From assembly GCF_047631475.1 (NCBI RefSeq), contig NZ_JBLHZT010000014.1:17438-81437 (forward strand): a DNA stretch of 64,000 bases, written 5' to 3'. The stretch is from Sneathiella sp. (GTDB lineage: Bacteria; Pseudomonadota; Alphaproteobacteria; Sneathiellales; Sneathiellaceae). The notes beneath the pieces were generated by a model, which was not told the origin of the DNA, did not search any database, and worked only from the letters and a program-made list of their open reading frames with translations. Shown here in pieces: positions 50,739 through 60,012 of the stretch (position 1 is its first letter; every line of letters begins with the position of its first letter). The translations under genes were made by a program, and so were the position numbers.

Positions 50739-51319
50739 TGGAAATTGTATTGCTGGAGCGTGTTGAAAAGCTCGGCCAAATGGGTGATGTCGTTAATGTA
50801 AAGAACGGCTACGCTCGTAACTTCCTGTTGCCACAAGGGAAAGCCCTTCGTGCCAACAAGAGTAATCTTGAAATTTTTGAAAAGCAGCGGGCTCAGCTCG
50901 AAGCTGACAACCTGAAGCGCAAAGAAGAAGCGTCTGCGGTTGGTGACAAACTTGACGGCGAAACAGTTATTCTGATCCGCGCAGCGAGTGAAAGCCAGCA
51001 GCTTTATGGTTCAGTCAGCACACAGGACATCGCACGTTCTGTTTCTGAAGCCGGTTTCACTGTTGACCGTAAACAGGTCATCATGGACAAGGTTCTGAAA
51101 ACTTTAGGTCTGCACGAAGTACGCATTCGCCTGCACCCTGAAGTGACTGTTTCAGTTACTGTGAACATCGCGCGTTCACAGGAAGAAGCAGAAATTCAGG
51201 CCCGTGGCGAATCTGTTGAAGAAGCAGCGGAAGCGGCCCTCAACAGCCGTGACGAAGCTGTCTCAGATGTTTTTGAATCAACAGCTGAGCACGAACATGA
51301 AGACGAAGACGATTCATAA
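50738..51319 (+). CDS. rplI: 50S ribosomal protein L9
   Basis: [30 protein letters not shown] at 50738 after AGGAGG. Confidence 0.98.
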   Translation: MEIVLLERVEKLGQMGDVVNVKNGYARNFLLPQGKALRANKSNLEIFEKQRAQLEADNLKRKEEASAVGDKLDGETVILIRAASESQQLYGSVSTQDIARSVSEAGFTVDRKQVIMDKVLKTLGLHEVRIRLHPEVTVSVTVNIARSQEEAEIQARGESVEEAAEAALNSRDEAVSDVFESTAEHEHEDEDDS

Positions 51320-51339
51320 TCGTTGAAATCAACATTATT

Positions 51340-51376
51340 AAAAAACGGTGCCACGTTGTTGGCGCCGTTTTTTTTT
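51340..51376 (+). terminator. Intrinsic terminator after rplI
   Basis: AAAAAACGGTGCCA-loop-TGGCGCCG followed by a long T run. Confidence 0.85.
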
Positions 51377-51399
51377 GCTTTAAAGAGCATGTACTTTGG

Positions 51400-51441
51400 T
51401 TTTCCACATTATTCACAGGCTGTGAATAACTGTTATCCACA
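51400..51441. promoter_or_regulatory. Cluster of four DnaA boxes upstream of dnaB
   Basis: TTTTCCACA 51400-08 (+), TTATTCACA 51409-17 (+), TGTGAATAA 51421-29 (-), TTATCCACA 51433-41 (+). All match TTWTNCACA. Confidence 0.85.
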
Positions 51442-51470
51442 TAATTAAAAAAATGATCTGAAGATGACAA

Positions 51471-51499
51471 TGACCTGCCTCAAAGAAATGTGGTAGTCT
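51471..51499 (+). promoter_or_regulatory. Candidate promoter for leaderless dnaB
   Basis: TGACCT-N17-TAGTCT with TGn extension, 6 nt to ATG, no SD. Confidence 0.45.
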
Positions 51500-51505
51500 G
51501 CCGTC

Positions 51506-52984
51506 ATGGAAAATACAGTTTACACTCCGGATCAGGACGCCGACGGAAATTCCGCGTCACCTGCCTATCGAAAGCTTCCCAATAACTCAGACGCAGAACG
51601 AGATTTGCTCGGTGCGATCCTTGTTAATAACGAAGCGGCAGCGAAAGTGAGCGGTTTTTTAAAAGCTGAACATTTTCACGAACCTGTGCATTCCCGTATC
51701 TACGACGCCGCAACCATACTGATCGAACGGGGTGAAATTGCCGACCCGGTCACCCTCAAATCGTATTTTGAAAATGACCAGGCCCTGTCCGATATTGGCG
51801 GGGCCCAATATCTGGCAAAACTAGCGGCCTCAGCAACGACAATCATCAACGCGGAAAACTACGGTAAAATCATTTATGATTTGGCAATGCGCCGCGAATT
51901 GATCGATCTGGGCGAAGAGATCGTCAATACAGCCTTTGAAGCGTCTCTCAGCGATACAGCCACCATCCAGATTGAAAATGCTGAGAAACAACTATTTGCA
52001 CTTGCTGAAACAGGAAGCCATGAAGGGGCCCTCACCCCAATCAAAGTGGCTGTTGGCCACGCCGTCAAATCAATTGAAGAAGCCTTCCAACGGGATGGTA
52101 ACCTTGTCGGGGTAACAACAGGCCTTCGGGACATGGACGGCAAACTGGGCGGGTTACATAAATCAGATTTGCTTATTCTGGCGGGACGTCCGTCGATGGG
52201 TAAAACCTCACTTGCTACCAACATCGCCTACAATGCCGCGAAGGCGTACAGGGACACCGGGGGTGCCGAAGGGGCGCCTGTCGGCTTCTTCTCCCTGGAG
52301 ATGTCCGCAGAGCAGCTTGTCGGCCGTATTCTAGCGGAAGCTACGGAGATCAGCTCGGAGAAACTGCGCCGCGGCGAGCTGACGGATGAAGAGTTTGCCA
52401 ACAAGCTTGTGCCGCAAAGTGCACTATTATCTGAATGCCCTCTCTATATCGATGATACCCCGGCCATTTCCATTGCCGCGCTTAGAACGCGAGCGCGCCG
52501 ACTGAAAAGAAGTCATGGACTTGGCTTAATTGTTGTGGACTACCTTCAATTGATGAAGGGCTCCGGCCGATCCGACAGCCGTGTTCAAGAGATTTCAGAG
52601 GTCACACAAGGACTGAAGGCGGTCGCGAAGGAACTGGACATTCCGGTCATTGCCCTGTCTCAGCTTAGTCGTCAGGTTGAAAACCGGGAAGACAAACGCC
52701 CCCAGCTTTCTGACTTGCGCGAGTCAGGTTCGATTGAGCAGGACGCGGACGTTGTTATGTTTGTGTATCGTGAAGAATATTACGAAGGCCGAAAAGAGCC
52801 GAGTGAAGGGACCCCTGAACATCTGGAATGGCAGGAACGAATGCAACGCGTCCACAACATGGCGGAAGTGATCATTGGTAAGCAACGTCATGGCCCTATC
52901 GGGATCGTCAAATTGCAGTTCCAGCCCGAATTCACGCGGTTTGGCGATTTGGCTGTGGATCAATATTTACCGGAGCATCACTAA
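51506..52984 (+). CDS. dnaB: Replicative DNA helicase
   Basis: AGRPSMGKT, FFSLEMS, VDYLQL, LSQLSR, DLRESGSIEQDAD, KQRHGP. No intein-sized insert. Confidence 0.98.
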   Translation: MENTVYTPDQDADGNSASPAYRKLPNNSDAERDLLGAILVNNEAAAKVSGFLKAEHFHEPVHSRIYDAATILIERGEIADPVTLKSYFENDQALSDIGGAQYLAKLAASATTIINAENYGKIIYDLAMRRELIDLGEEIVNTAFEASLSDTATIQIENAEKQLFALAETGSHEGALTPIKVAVGHAVKSIEEAFQRDGNLVGVTTGLRDMDGKLGGLHKSDLLILAGRPSMGKTSLATNIAYNAAKAYRDTGGAEGAPVGFFSLEMSAEQLVGRILAEATEISSEKLRRGELTDEEFANKLVPQSALLSECPLYIDDTPAISIAALRTRARRLKRSHGLGLIVVDYLQLMKGSGRSDSRVQEISEVTQGLKAVAKELDIPVIALSQLSRQVENREDKRPQLSDLRESGSIEQDADVVMFVYREEYYEGRKEPSEGTPEHLEWQERMQRVHNMAEVIIGKQRHGPIGIVKLQFQPEFTRFGDLAVDQYLPEHH

Positions 52985-54096
52985 TGGATCCCTTTCTTGC
53001 AGGGTCTTACCTCACGGTAGATCTTGGCGCCCTACAAGAAAATTATCGTATTCTTTCCAGCCAATCAGAAGTGGCGGAATGTGCGGCTGTTGTTAAGGCC
53101 GATGCCTATGGGCTGGGATTAAAAGAAGTCAGTCTGTCACTCGACGCCGCAGGGTGCCGTAAGTTCTTTGTTGCCCTTCCGTCAGAAGCAGTTCGCCTCA
53201 GAAAGTATCTGCCGGCAGCCGAGATTTTTGTCCTTGGCGGCTTATTTGACGGTGCAGAGAATATCTATATTGATGAGCGCATAACCCCTGTCCTGAATTG
53301 CCTTGATGAAATAAAAAGATGGTCCAAGGCAACCGAAGAGCATGGTCCCCTTTCCGCAATGATCCATCTGGACACGGGCATCACCCGCCTGGGGTTACTG
53401 CAAAGCGATATAGAAGAACTTAATAGTAACCCTCATTGGTTAGACGGTTTGGAGATAAGGTACATAATCTCCCACCTCGCCTGCGCTGATACACCGGAGC
53501 ATCCTCATAACGACTTTCAGCTGTCAGAGCTTCACCGGTTGAGGGCGCTCCTGCCTCCGGCTTTGCACGACGTCCCGGTATCCTTTACAAATTCCTGCGG
53601 AATTTTTCTGGGCCCTGACTTCCAGTTTGATCTCCTACGGCCCGGCATTGCCCTTTATGGTGGCAACCCGGTTCCCGGCCAGAAAAACCCGATGAAGCAG
53701 GTAATTCACCTTCAGGGGAAAGTGCTGCAGGTTCATGACGTTGACAGTAAAAATGCCGTTGGCTATGGTGCCACTTGGCGTTGCAAGGAGAATGCGAGGG
53801 TAGCAACCGTTTCCGTGGGATATGCGGATGGCTATTTTCGGGCTTTGGGCGACGTCGGAGAATGCGCAATTGAAAATAACAAAGTTTCGGTTATCGGTCG
53901 TGTTTCAATGGATATGATCTCCATTGATGTGACAGGTTTGAGTGAAGATAAATGTCAGCGTGGTACGTTAGTCAGCTTGATCGGTGGGGCGATTGATCTG
54001 GATGAACTTGCGACACAGGCAGGCACGATTTCATACGAACTCCTGACAGCACTGGGACATCGAAGTCATCGACGGTATATAAATGCTGTCCAATAA
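52984..54096 (+). CDS. alr: Alanine racemase
   Basis: AVVKADAYGLG, RPGIALYG, VGYGAT, GYADGY, GRVSMD. Confidence 0.96.
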   Translation: MDPFLAGSYLTVDLGALQENYRILSSQSEVAECAAVVKADAYGLGLKEVSLSLDAAGCRKFFVALPSEAVRLRKYLPAAEIFVLGGLFDGAENIYIDERITPVLNCLDEIKRWSKATEEHGPLSAMIHLDTGITRLGLLQSDIEELNSNPHWLDGLEIRYIISHLACADTPEHPHNDFQLSELHRLRALLPPALHDVPVSFTNSCGIFLGPDFQFDLLRPGIALYGGNPVPGQKNPMKQVIHLQGKVLQVHDVDSKNAVGYGATWRCKENARVATVSVGYADGYFRALGDVGECAIENNKVSVIGRVSMDMISIDVTGLSEDKCQRGTLVSLIGGAIDLDELATQAGTISYELLTALGHRSHRRYINAVQ

Positions 54097-54107
54097 GGTT
54101 TGACTAA

Positions 54108-54884
54108 ATGGAATGGAATTTTCTGGCCGCCATTGGCCGCGTTAGTTTGGGCTTTATGGCTGCGGTTGGACATCTTACCCTCTTTACATTTCAAAGCGTA
54201 AAAAACATCTTTCTCCCCCCGTTTTACATGCGGTTGTTTCTTAGACAGCTCATGAATATCGGCTACTATTCATTGCCCGTTGTTGGAATGACCGCCTTAT
54301 TTACCGGGATGGTTCTCGCCTTGCAGATCTATGTGGGCTCGTCCCGGTTTAATGCAGAAAGTGCTGTTGCGACCATCGTGGTTATTGGCCTTACCCGAGA
54401 GTTGGCCCCCGTCTTAAGTGGCCTTATGGTTGCCGGCCGTGTGGGTGCAGCAATTGCCGCTGAGATCGGAACAATGCGGGTAACCGAACAGATTGATGCC
54501 TTGGTGACGTTGTCGACTAACCCCTACCGATATCTGGTAGCACCTCGAGTGCTGGCGGGCGTTATCACGCTGCCAATACTGGTTTTAATTGGTGATATCA
54601 TTGGTGTTTCAGGCGGGTATCTCGTCGCCACAGAATCCCTCGGTTTCAATCCAAGTTCCTACATCAAGAATACCTTTGATTTTCTGGAAGCCCGGGATGT
54701 GATCTCCGGGTTGATCAAAGCGTCAGTCTTTGGTTTCATCGTTACCATAATGGGCTGCTATCACGGATTTAACTCCACAGGAGGTGCACAGGGTGTGGGA
54801 CGCGCGACAACAAATGCAGTTGTCTCTTCCTTTATTCTGATCCTCATCAGTGACTATTTCCTAACTGTCCTGTTACTGGACTAA
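54108..54884 (+). CDS. mlaE: MlaE family ABC permease
   Basis: RELAPVLSGLMVAGRVGAAIAAEIGTMRVTEQIDAL. Confidence 0.93.
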   Translation: MEWNFLAAIGRVSLGFMAAVGHLTLFTFQSVKNIFLPPFYMRLFLRQLMNIGYYSLPVVGMTALFTGMVLALQIYVGSSRFNAESAVATIVVIGLTRELAPVLSGLMVAGRVGAAIAAEIGTMRVTEQIDALVTLSTNPYRYLVAPRVLAGVITLPILVLIGDIIGVSGGYLVATESLGFNPSSYIKNTFDFLEARDVISGLIKASVFGFIVTIMGCYHGFNSTGGAQGVGRATTNAVVSSFILILISDYFLTVLLLD

Positions 54885-54890
54885 TGATCC

Positions 54891-55667
54891 ATGACAAAAA
54901 CCCCCAAGATCAGTCTTAAAAATGTCTGCAAATCTTTTGGCAAGAAAGTTGTTCTGAAGAATTTGTCTATCGATATCCACGAGGGGGAATCCCTTGTTGT
55001 TATTGGCGGATCAGGAACCGGAAAATCGGTCATGCTGAAATGCATTCTGGGCCTGCTGGAACCCGATAGCGGGGAAATCCTGATTGACGGGCAGCAAGTG
55101 GTTGGCCTGTCTGTAGCGGAACGCGAAAAAACGCTTCGAAAAACAGGAATGCTTTTTCAATATGCCGCCCTGTTTGACAGCCTTCCCGTTTGGGAAAATG
55201 TCGCTTTTGGCCTTATTCAGGCACAAGGCATGGACAGAAAAAAAGCGAAAAAGATCGCTTATGAGAAACTGGCGCTCGTTGGTCTTGGCCCTGACATTGC
55301 CTCTCAAAATCCCGCCAGTTTATCCATTGGCATGCAAAAGCGTGTTGGACTAGCAAGAGCCATTGCAACCAACCCGGAGATCATATTCTTTGATGAACCA
55401 ACAACTGGCCTCGACCCGATCATGGGCGATGTGATTGACAACCTGATCCGCGATTGTACCCGCGAATTGGGCGCCTCTACCCTGACCATCTCTCATGACA
55501 TGGAGAGTGCACAAAAAATTGCCGATCGGATCGCTCTTCTTTATAAAGGAAACGTTGTCTGGGTCGGACCTGCAAACGAAATCGAAACCTGTGGAAACCC
55601 ATATGTTGAACAATTCGTCAAAGGGGATATAAACGGCCCCATCGAACTCGATATCCTGAAACCCTGA
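54891..55667 (+). CDS. mlaF: MlaF-like ABC ATPase
   Basis: GGSGTGKS, FQYAALFDSL, LSIGMQKRV, FDEPTTGLDP. Confidence 0.88.
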   Translation: MTKTPKISLKNVCKSFGKKVVLKNLSIDIHEGESLVVIGGSGTGKSVMLKCILGLLEPDSGEILIDGQQVVGLSVAEREKTLRKTGMLFQYAALFDSLPVWENVAFGLIQAQGMDRKKAKKIAYEKLALVGLGPDIASQNPASLSIGMQKRVGLARAIATNPEIIFFDEPTTGLDPIMGDVIDNLIRDCTRELGASTLTISHDMESAQKIADRIALLYKGNVVWVGPANEIETCGNPYVEQFVKGDINGPIELDILKP

Positions 55668-55680
55668 CAGACAGGTAAAA

Positions 55681-57057
55681 ATGGCCAAATCAACCGAACA
55701 TTTTTCATGCCAATCCTGCGGCGCCAGTTACCGTAAATGGCAAGGGAAATGTGATTCCTGCAGTGAATGGAACTCCATCGTTGAAGATAGTGGAAAGCAG
55801 GTCGTACCAAAAGGCCTGTCTTCCGGAAAAGGGCGACAACTCGAATTTACGACCCTTGATGCAGAAAAGTCTGATTACAAACGTCACTTTTGCGGTTTAA
55901 ACGAACTGGATCGGGTTCTGGGCGGGGGCTTTGTACCCGGCTCCTCCATTCTGATTGGCGGTGACCCCGGGATCGGTAAATCAACCATCTTATTGCAAGC
56001 CGTCGGCCTTATGGCCAAACGAGGCTATACCTGCACATATATTTCCGGCGAGGAAGCCACCCAACAAATTTCCATGCGGGCCAAACGATTGGGCCTGACA
56101 GATAGCCCGGTACAACTGGCCGCAGCGAACTCGCTAAGGGACATTGTCACCAGCTTAGAAAAATCGGCGCCGCCTGACTTGCTTATTATTGATTCTATCC
56201 AAACCATGTATGCAGATAATCTGGACAGTGCACCCGGCACAGTATCTCAGGTTCGCGCCTGCTCTCAGGAACTGATACGGCTTGCCAAAAAACTGAACTG
56301 TGCGCTTATGCTGGTTGGCCATGTGACAAAAGACGGGCAGATTGCCGGTCCCCGTGTTCTTGAACATATGGTCGATACGGTCTTGTATTTTGAGGGTGAT
56401 CGCGGACACCAGTTCCGCATTCTTCGGGCCGTAAAGAACCGGTTCGGGGCAACGGATGAAATCGGTGTCTTTGAAATGACCGATATGGGCCTGCAAGAAG
56501 TTGCAAATCCTTCTGCTCTGTTTATCAGTAATCAGGAAAAAGATATCAGCGGCGCCTCGGTATTTGCCGGTATGGAAGGCACACGCCCCCTTCTTGTTGA
56601 AATTCAGGGCCTTGTTGCCCCCTCTCAACAGGCAACGCCACGGCGGGCCGTTGTTGGCTGGGATTCAAGCCGCCTTGCGATGATTCTTGCGGTGCTGGAT
56701 GCCCGGTGTGGTTTATCTTTGGCTGGAAATGAAGTGTATCTGAATGTTGCTGGTGGTCTTCGGGTCAATGAGCCCGCGGCTGATTTAGCGGTGGCTGCAG
56801 CCTTGGTTTCATCAATTTCTGACATCCCGGTACCGGAAAAGAGTATCATTTTTGGTGAGATTGGCTTATCTGGAGAAATTCGAGCTGTTGGTCAAACGGA
56901 TGCGCGGTTAAAAGAAGCCGCAAAACTTGGGTTTGAAGCAGCCATTATACCACTTGGAAGCAAGATCAAGGATCCGACCATCAAGATAATTGAGGTCGAA
57001 CATCTCTCAGAAATTGTCTCCTTGTTCACGCGCGAAAAGGCTGCGGTAAATGCGTAA
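55681..57057 (+). CDS. radA: DNA repair protein RadA/Sms
   Basis: C4 zinc finger, GDPGIGKST, KNRFG motif. Confidence 0.97.
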   Translation: MAKSTEHFSCQSCGASYRKWQGKCDSCSEWNSIVEDSGKQVVPKGLSSGKGRQLEFTTLDAEKSDYKRHFCGLNELDRVLGGGFVPGSSILIGGDPGIGKSTILLQAVGLMAKRGYTCTYISGEEATQQISMRAKRLGLTDSPVQLAAANSLRDIVTSLEKSAPPDLLIIDSIQTMYADNLDSAPGTVSQVRACSQELIRLAKKLNCALMLVGHVTKDGQIAGPRVLEHMVDTVLYFEGDRGHQFRILRAVKNRFGATDEIGVFEMTDMGLQEVANPSALFISNQEKDISGASVFAGMEGTRPLLVEIQGLVAPSQQATPRRAVVGWDSSRLAMILAVLDARCGLSLAGNEVYLNVAGGLRVNEPAADLAVAAALVSSISDIPVPEKSIIFGEIGLSGEIRAVGQTDARLKEAAKLGFEAAIIPLGSKIKDPTIKIIEVEHLSEIVSLFTREKAAVNA

Positions 57058-57075
57058 GAAAGGTAACAGTAAGTA

Positions 57076-57768
57076 ATGGATGAATTGCCGATCAACATAG
57101 CCGATGCAGGCATTCTTGTTGTTCTGCTTATCTCCGCCATTTTTGGGTTTGCCCGGGGATTTGTGAAAGAAATTCTATCAATTACCGGATGGATCGGCGC
57201 GGTCTTTGTGACTCTGTATCTTTTCCCCATTCTGAAACCTTTTGCGCATCAGTATATCACCATTCAGTTAATTGCAGACATACTGACCGGATCCCTGATC
57301 TTTATTATCAGCCTTGTAACGCTTTCCTATTTGACCCACGCGATTTCTGATCGGGTGAAAGCCTCTTCTTTGGGCGCACTGGACCGATCCTTGGGCATCT
57401 TTTTCGGAATTGGCCGTGCCATTATCCTCGTTGGTATTGCCTGGCTGTTTTTTGTTCAGTTTATCCCTCCGGACGGAAGACCGAAAGAAATCCTCAATGC
57501 GAAGATGCTGCCTATTGTTCAGGCCAGTGGCGAGTTTGTTGCTGAACTGACACCTGCTGATATGCGCAAGAACCTTCGCATTGCCATGGAAACCGGTACG
57601 GAGACCGGTAAAAGCCTTAAAAAAGAATATGAGAGCATCCCAAAAGTGATCCGCGAAGATGTGGAAAACAAAATAAAGGATGCCGCTGAAAATCTGGAAA
57701 AGGGATATGATGCAAAATCCCGCCAACAAATGGAAAATCTCACTAAAGGTACTCAGGTAAAGCAATGA
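57076..57768 (+). CDS. cvpA: CvpA family membrane protein
   Basis: GFARGFVKEILS, LDRSLGIFFG. Upstream of purF. Confidence 0.9.
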   Translation: MDELPINIADAGILVVLLISAIFGFARGFVKEILSITGWIGAVFVTLYLFPILKPFAHQYITIQLIADILTGSLIFIISLVTLSYLTHAISDRVKASSLGALDRSLGIFFGIGRAIILVGIAWLFFVQFIPPDGRPKEILNAKMLPIVQASGEFVAELTPADMRKNLRIAMETGTETGKSLKKEYESIPKVIREDVENKIKDAAENLEKGYDAKSRQQMENLTKGTQVKQ

Positions 57769-59237
57769 CCCAGCAAAGCGCCCCTCGCAACATTTGCAAT
57801 CCTTTTGATGACGACAAACTACATGAAGAATGTGGTGTGTTTGGAATTTACGGGCATGAAGAAGCCAGTGCCTTAACAGCGCTGGGCCTTCACGCCCTTC
57901 AACATCGCGGACAGGAAGCCGCAGGTATTGTTTCACATGACGGAACCCATTTTCATAGCCACAAAGCTATGGGAAAAGTGGGGGATAACTTTTCAACGGA
58001 AGATGTTATCAACAGCCTCAGCGGTTCAGCCGCCCTCGGCCATAACCGATACGCAACAACAGGCGGTACAGTCTTACGCAATGTACAGCCTATTTTTGCA
58101 GATCTGGCCAACGGTGGTATCGCAGTCGCGCATAATGGAAATCTGACCAACGCCTCGACCCTGCGCAAACAATTGGTTGCAGAGGGTAGTATTTTCCAGT
58201 CCACGATGGACACTGAAGTCATCATTCATCTGATCGCCAACAGTAAGAAAATCAAAGTTGTTGATCGCATGGTAGATGCTATGCACAAGATTGTAGGTGC
58301 TTATTCGCTGGTCGCACAGACCAGTAAAAAAATGGTGGGGATGCGCGATCCGTTTGGCGTTCGGCCCCTCGTCCTGGGTAAAATCGACGATGCCTATATC
58401 CTGACCTCAGAAACCTGTGCGCTTGATATCATTGGTGCTGATTTCATTCGGGATGTTGAACCGGGCGAAGTGATTGTTATTGATGAAAACGGACTTACCA
58501 GTCTATCCCCCTTCACCACCCCCCCTCGCCGCTTTTGCATTTTTGAGCATATCTACTTTGCGCGCCCGGACAGTGTTGTTGAAAATCGGTCAGTCTATGA
58601 TGTCCGCAAAGATATCGGCCGTCAGTTGGCAACCGAAAATATGGTTGAAGCCGATCTGGTGATCCCAGTCCCCGATAGCGGAACCCCCGCCGCGATTGGA
58701 TATGCCGAACAATCAGGTATCCCTTTTGAACTGGGGATCATTCGGAACCATTATGTGGGCCGGACCTTCATTGAACCAACAGACCAGATCCGCCACTTGG
58801 GTGTGAAACTAAAACACAACGCTAACCGTGCCCTGATCAAGGGTAAGCGGGTTATTCTGGTGGATGACAGTATCGTTCGCGGAACGACGTCGACGAAAAT
58901 CGTGCAAATGGTGCGCGATGCAGGCGCAACAGAAGTTCATATGCGCATTGCCAGCCCACCAACAACAAATTCCTGCTTCTATGGTGTGGATACACCCACA
59001 CGCCAGAAACTTCTGGCCGCGCAGTATGATGTCAAAGGGATGTGCGACTTCATCGGTGCGGATAGTCTCAGCTTTATCTCTTTGGATGGTCTTTATGTCG
59101 CGATGGGAGAAACCCATCGGAATAACGAGCAACCTCAATATTGCGACGCCTGCTTCTCTGGCGATTACCCGATTAGCCTGACAGACCATGACACAGGCGC
59201 GGACAAAGAACTCACACGGTTGGCCGAAAGATCCTAG
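57765..59237 (+). CDS. purF: Amidophosphoribosyltransferase
   Basis: EECGVFG, QHRGQE, RNHYVGRTFI, VDDSIVRGTT. Confidence 0.98.
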   Translation: MTQQSAPRNICNPFDDDKLHEECGVFGIYGHEEASALTALGLHALQHRGQEAAGIVSHDGTHFHSHKAMGKVGDNFSTEDVINSLSGSAALGHNRYATTGGTVLRNVQPIFADLANGGIAVAHNGNLTNASTLRKQLVAEGSIFQSTMDTEVIIHLIANSKKIKVVDRMVDAMHKIVGAYSLVAQTSKKMVGMRDPFGVRPLVLGKIDDAYILTSETCALDIIGADFIRDVEPGEVIVIDENGLTSLSPFTTPPRRFCIFEHIYFARPDSVVENRSVYDVRKDIGRQLATENMVEADLVIPVPDSGTPAAIGYAEQSGIPFELGIIRNHYVGRTFIEPTDQIRHLGVKLKHNANRALIKGKRVILVDDSIVRGTTSTKIVQMVRDAGATEVHMRIASPPTTNSCFYGVDTPTRQKLLAAQYDVKGMCDFIGADSLSFISLDGLYVAMGETHRNNEQPQYCDACFSGDYPISLTDHDTGADKELTRLAERS

Positions 59238-59245
59238 GAAACCCC

Positions 59246-59947
59246 ATGTCAAAACGATTTGAGAACAAGACCGCCCTGGTAACGGGCGCCTCTCGCGGGA
59301 TCGGCGCAGCCGTTGCCAAAGCGCTTGCTGCTGAAGGAGCGCATGTCATCCTGATTGCCCGCTCCGTTGGTGGCTTGGAAGAAGTGGATGACGCCATCCA
59401 GTCCGCCGGTGGAAGTGCAACGCTTGTACCGCTTGATCTTCTGGAAACCGACGCCATCGATGGTCTAGCGGCCCCGTTGTTGGAGCGTTTTAAGAAGCTG
59501 GATATACTTGTAGCTGCGGCCGGCACCCTTGGTAAGTTGACCCCGGCACCGCAATATTCCCCTAAACTTTGGGAAGATGTTTTTAAACTAAACGTGCATG
59601 CTAACTGGCGCCTGCTGCGCGCGCTGGATCCTTTATTGCGGGCCAGTGATGCCGGCCGGGCCCTTTTTGTGACCGCCAGTGCCGCAAGAGAGCATAAATT
59701 ATATTGGAGTGGCTATGCAGCCTCCAAGGCCGCGCTTGAAAGTCTGATCCTGACCTATGCAGGCGAAGTTGCCAAAACCAATTTGAAGGTCAACCTGATT
59801 GATCCTGGTCCTACAGCAACGAAATTGCGCCTGTCTGCTTTTCCCGGAGAAGACCAGTCAAGCCTGCCAACACCAGAGCAGAAAACAGATCTGTTCCTTG
59901 ATGCGCTATCATCAGAGTTCAACCAGAACGCAACGTTGATTTCGTGA
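59246..59947 (+). CDS. Short-chain dehydrogenase/reductase (YciK-like)
   Basis: TGASRGIG, YAASKAA, DPGPTATKLR. Confidence 0.9.
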   Translation: MSKRFENKTALVTGASRGIGAAVAKALAAEGAHVILIARSVGGLEEVDDAIQSAGGSATLVPLDLLETDAIDGLAAPLLERFKKLDILVAAAGTLGKLTPAPQYSPKLWEDVFKLNVHANWRLLRALDPLLRASDAGRALFVTASAAREHKLYWSGYAASKAALESLILTYAGEVAKTNLKVNLIDPGPTATKLRLSAFPGEDQSSLPTPEQKTDLFLDALSSEFNQNATLIS

Positions 59948-60012
59948 CTTCCCGGCGATAGCGCCTTAAACTGTGTTCAAAAATAACGTTCCACGGAATG
60001 GAAGGACACAGG

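Noticed and set aside
51442-51505. Declaring the DnaA-box cluster to be oriC (DUE/DnaA-trios)
   Set aside because: Only a ~12-bp AT run and no convincing trio repeat. The whole spacer is under 190 bp. Needs GC-skew data.
51506-52984. Intein in DnaB
   Set aside because: Normal length (492 aa) with contiguous helicase motifs.
57268-57936. 222-aa minus-strand ORF
   Set aside because: Antisense to cvpA/purF, with no motif, SD or terminator support.
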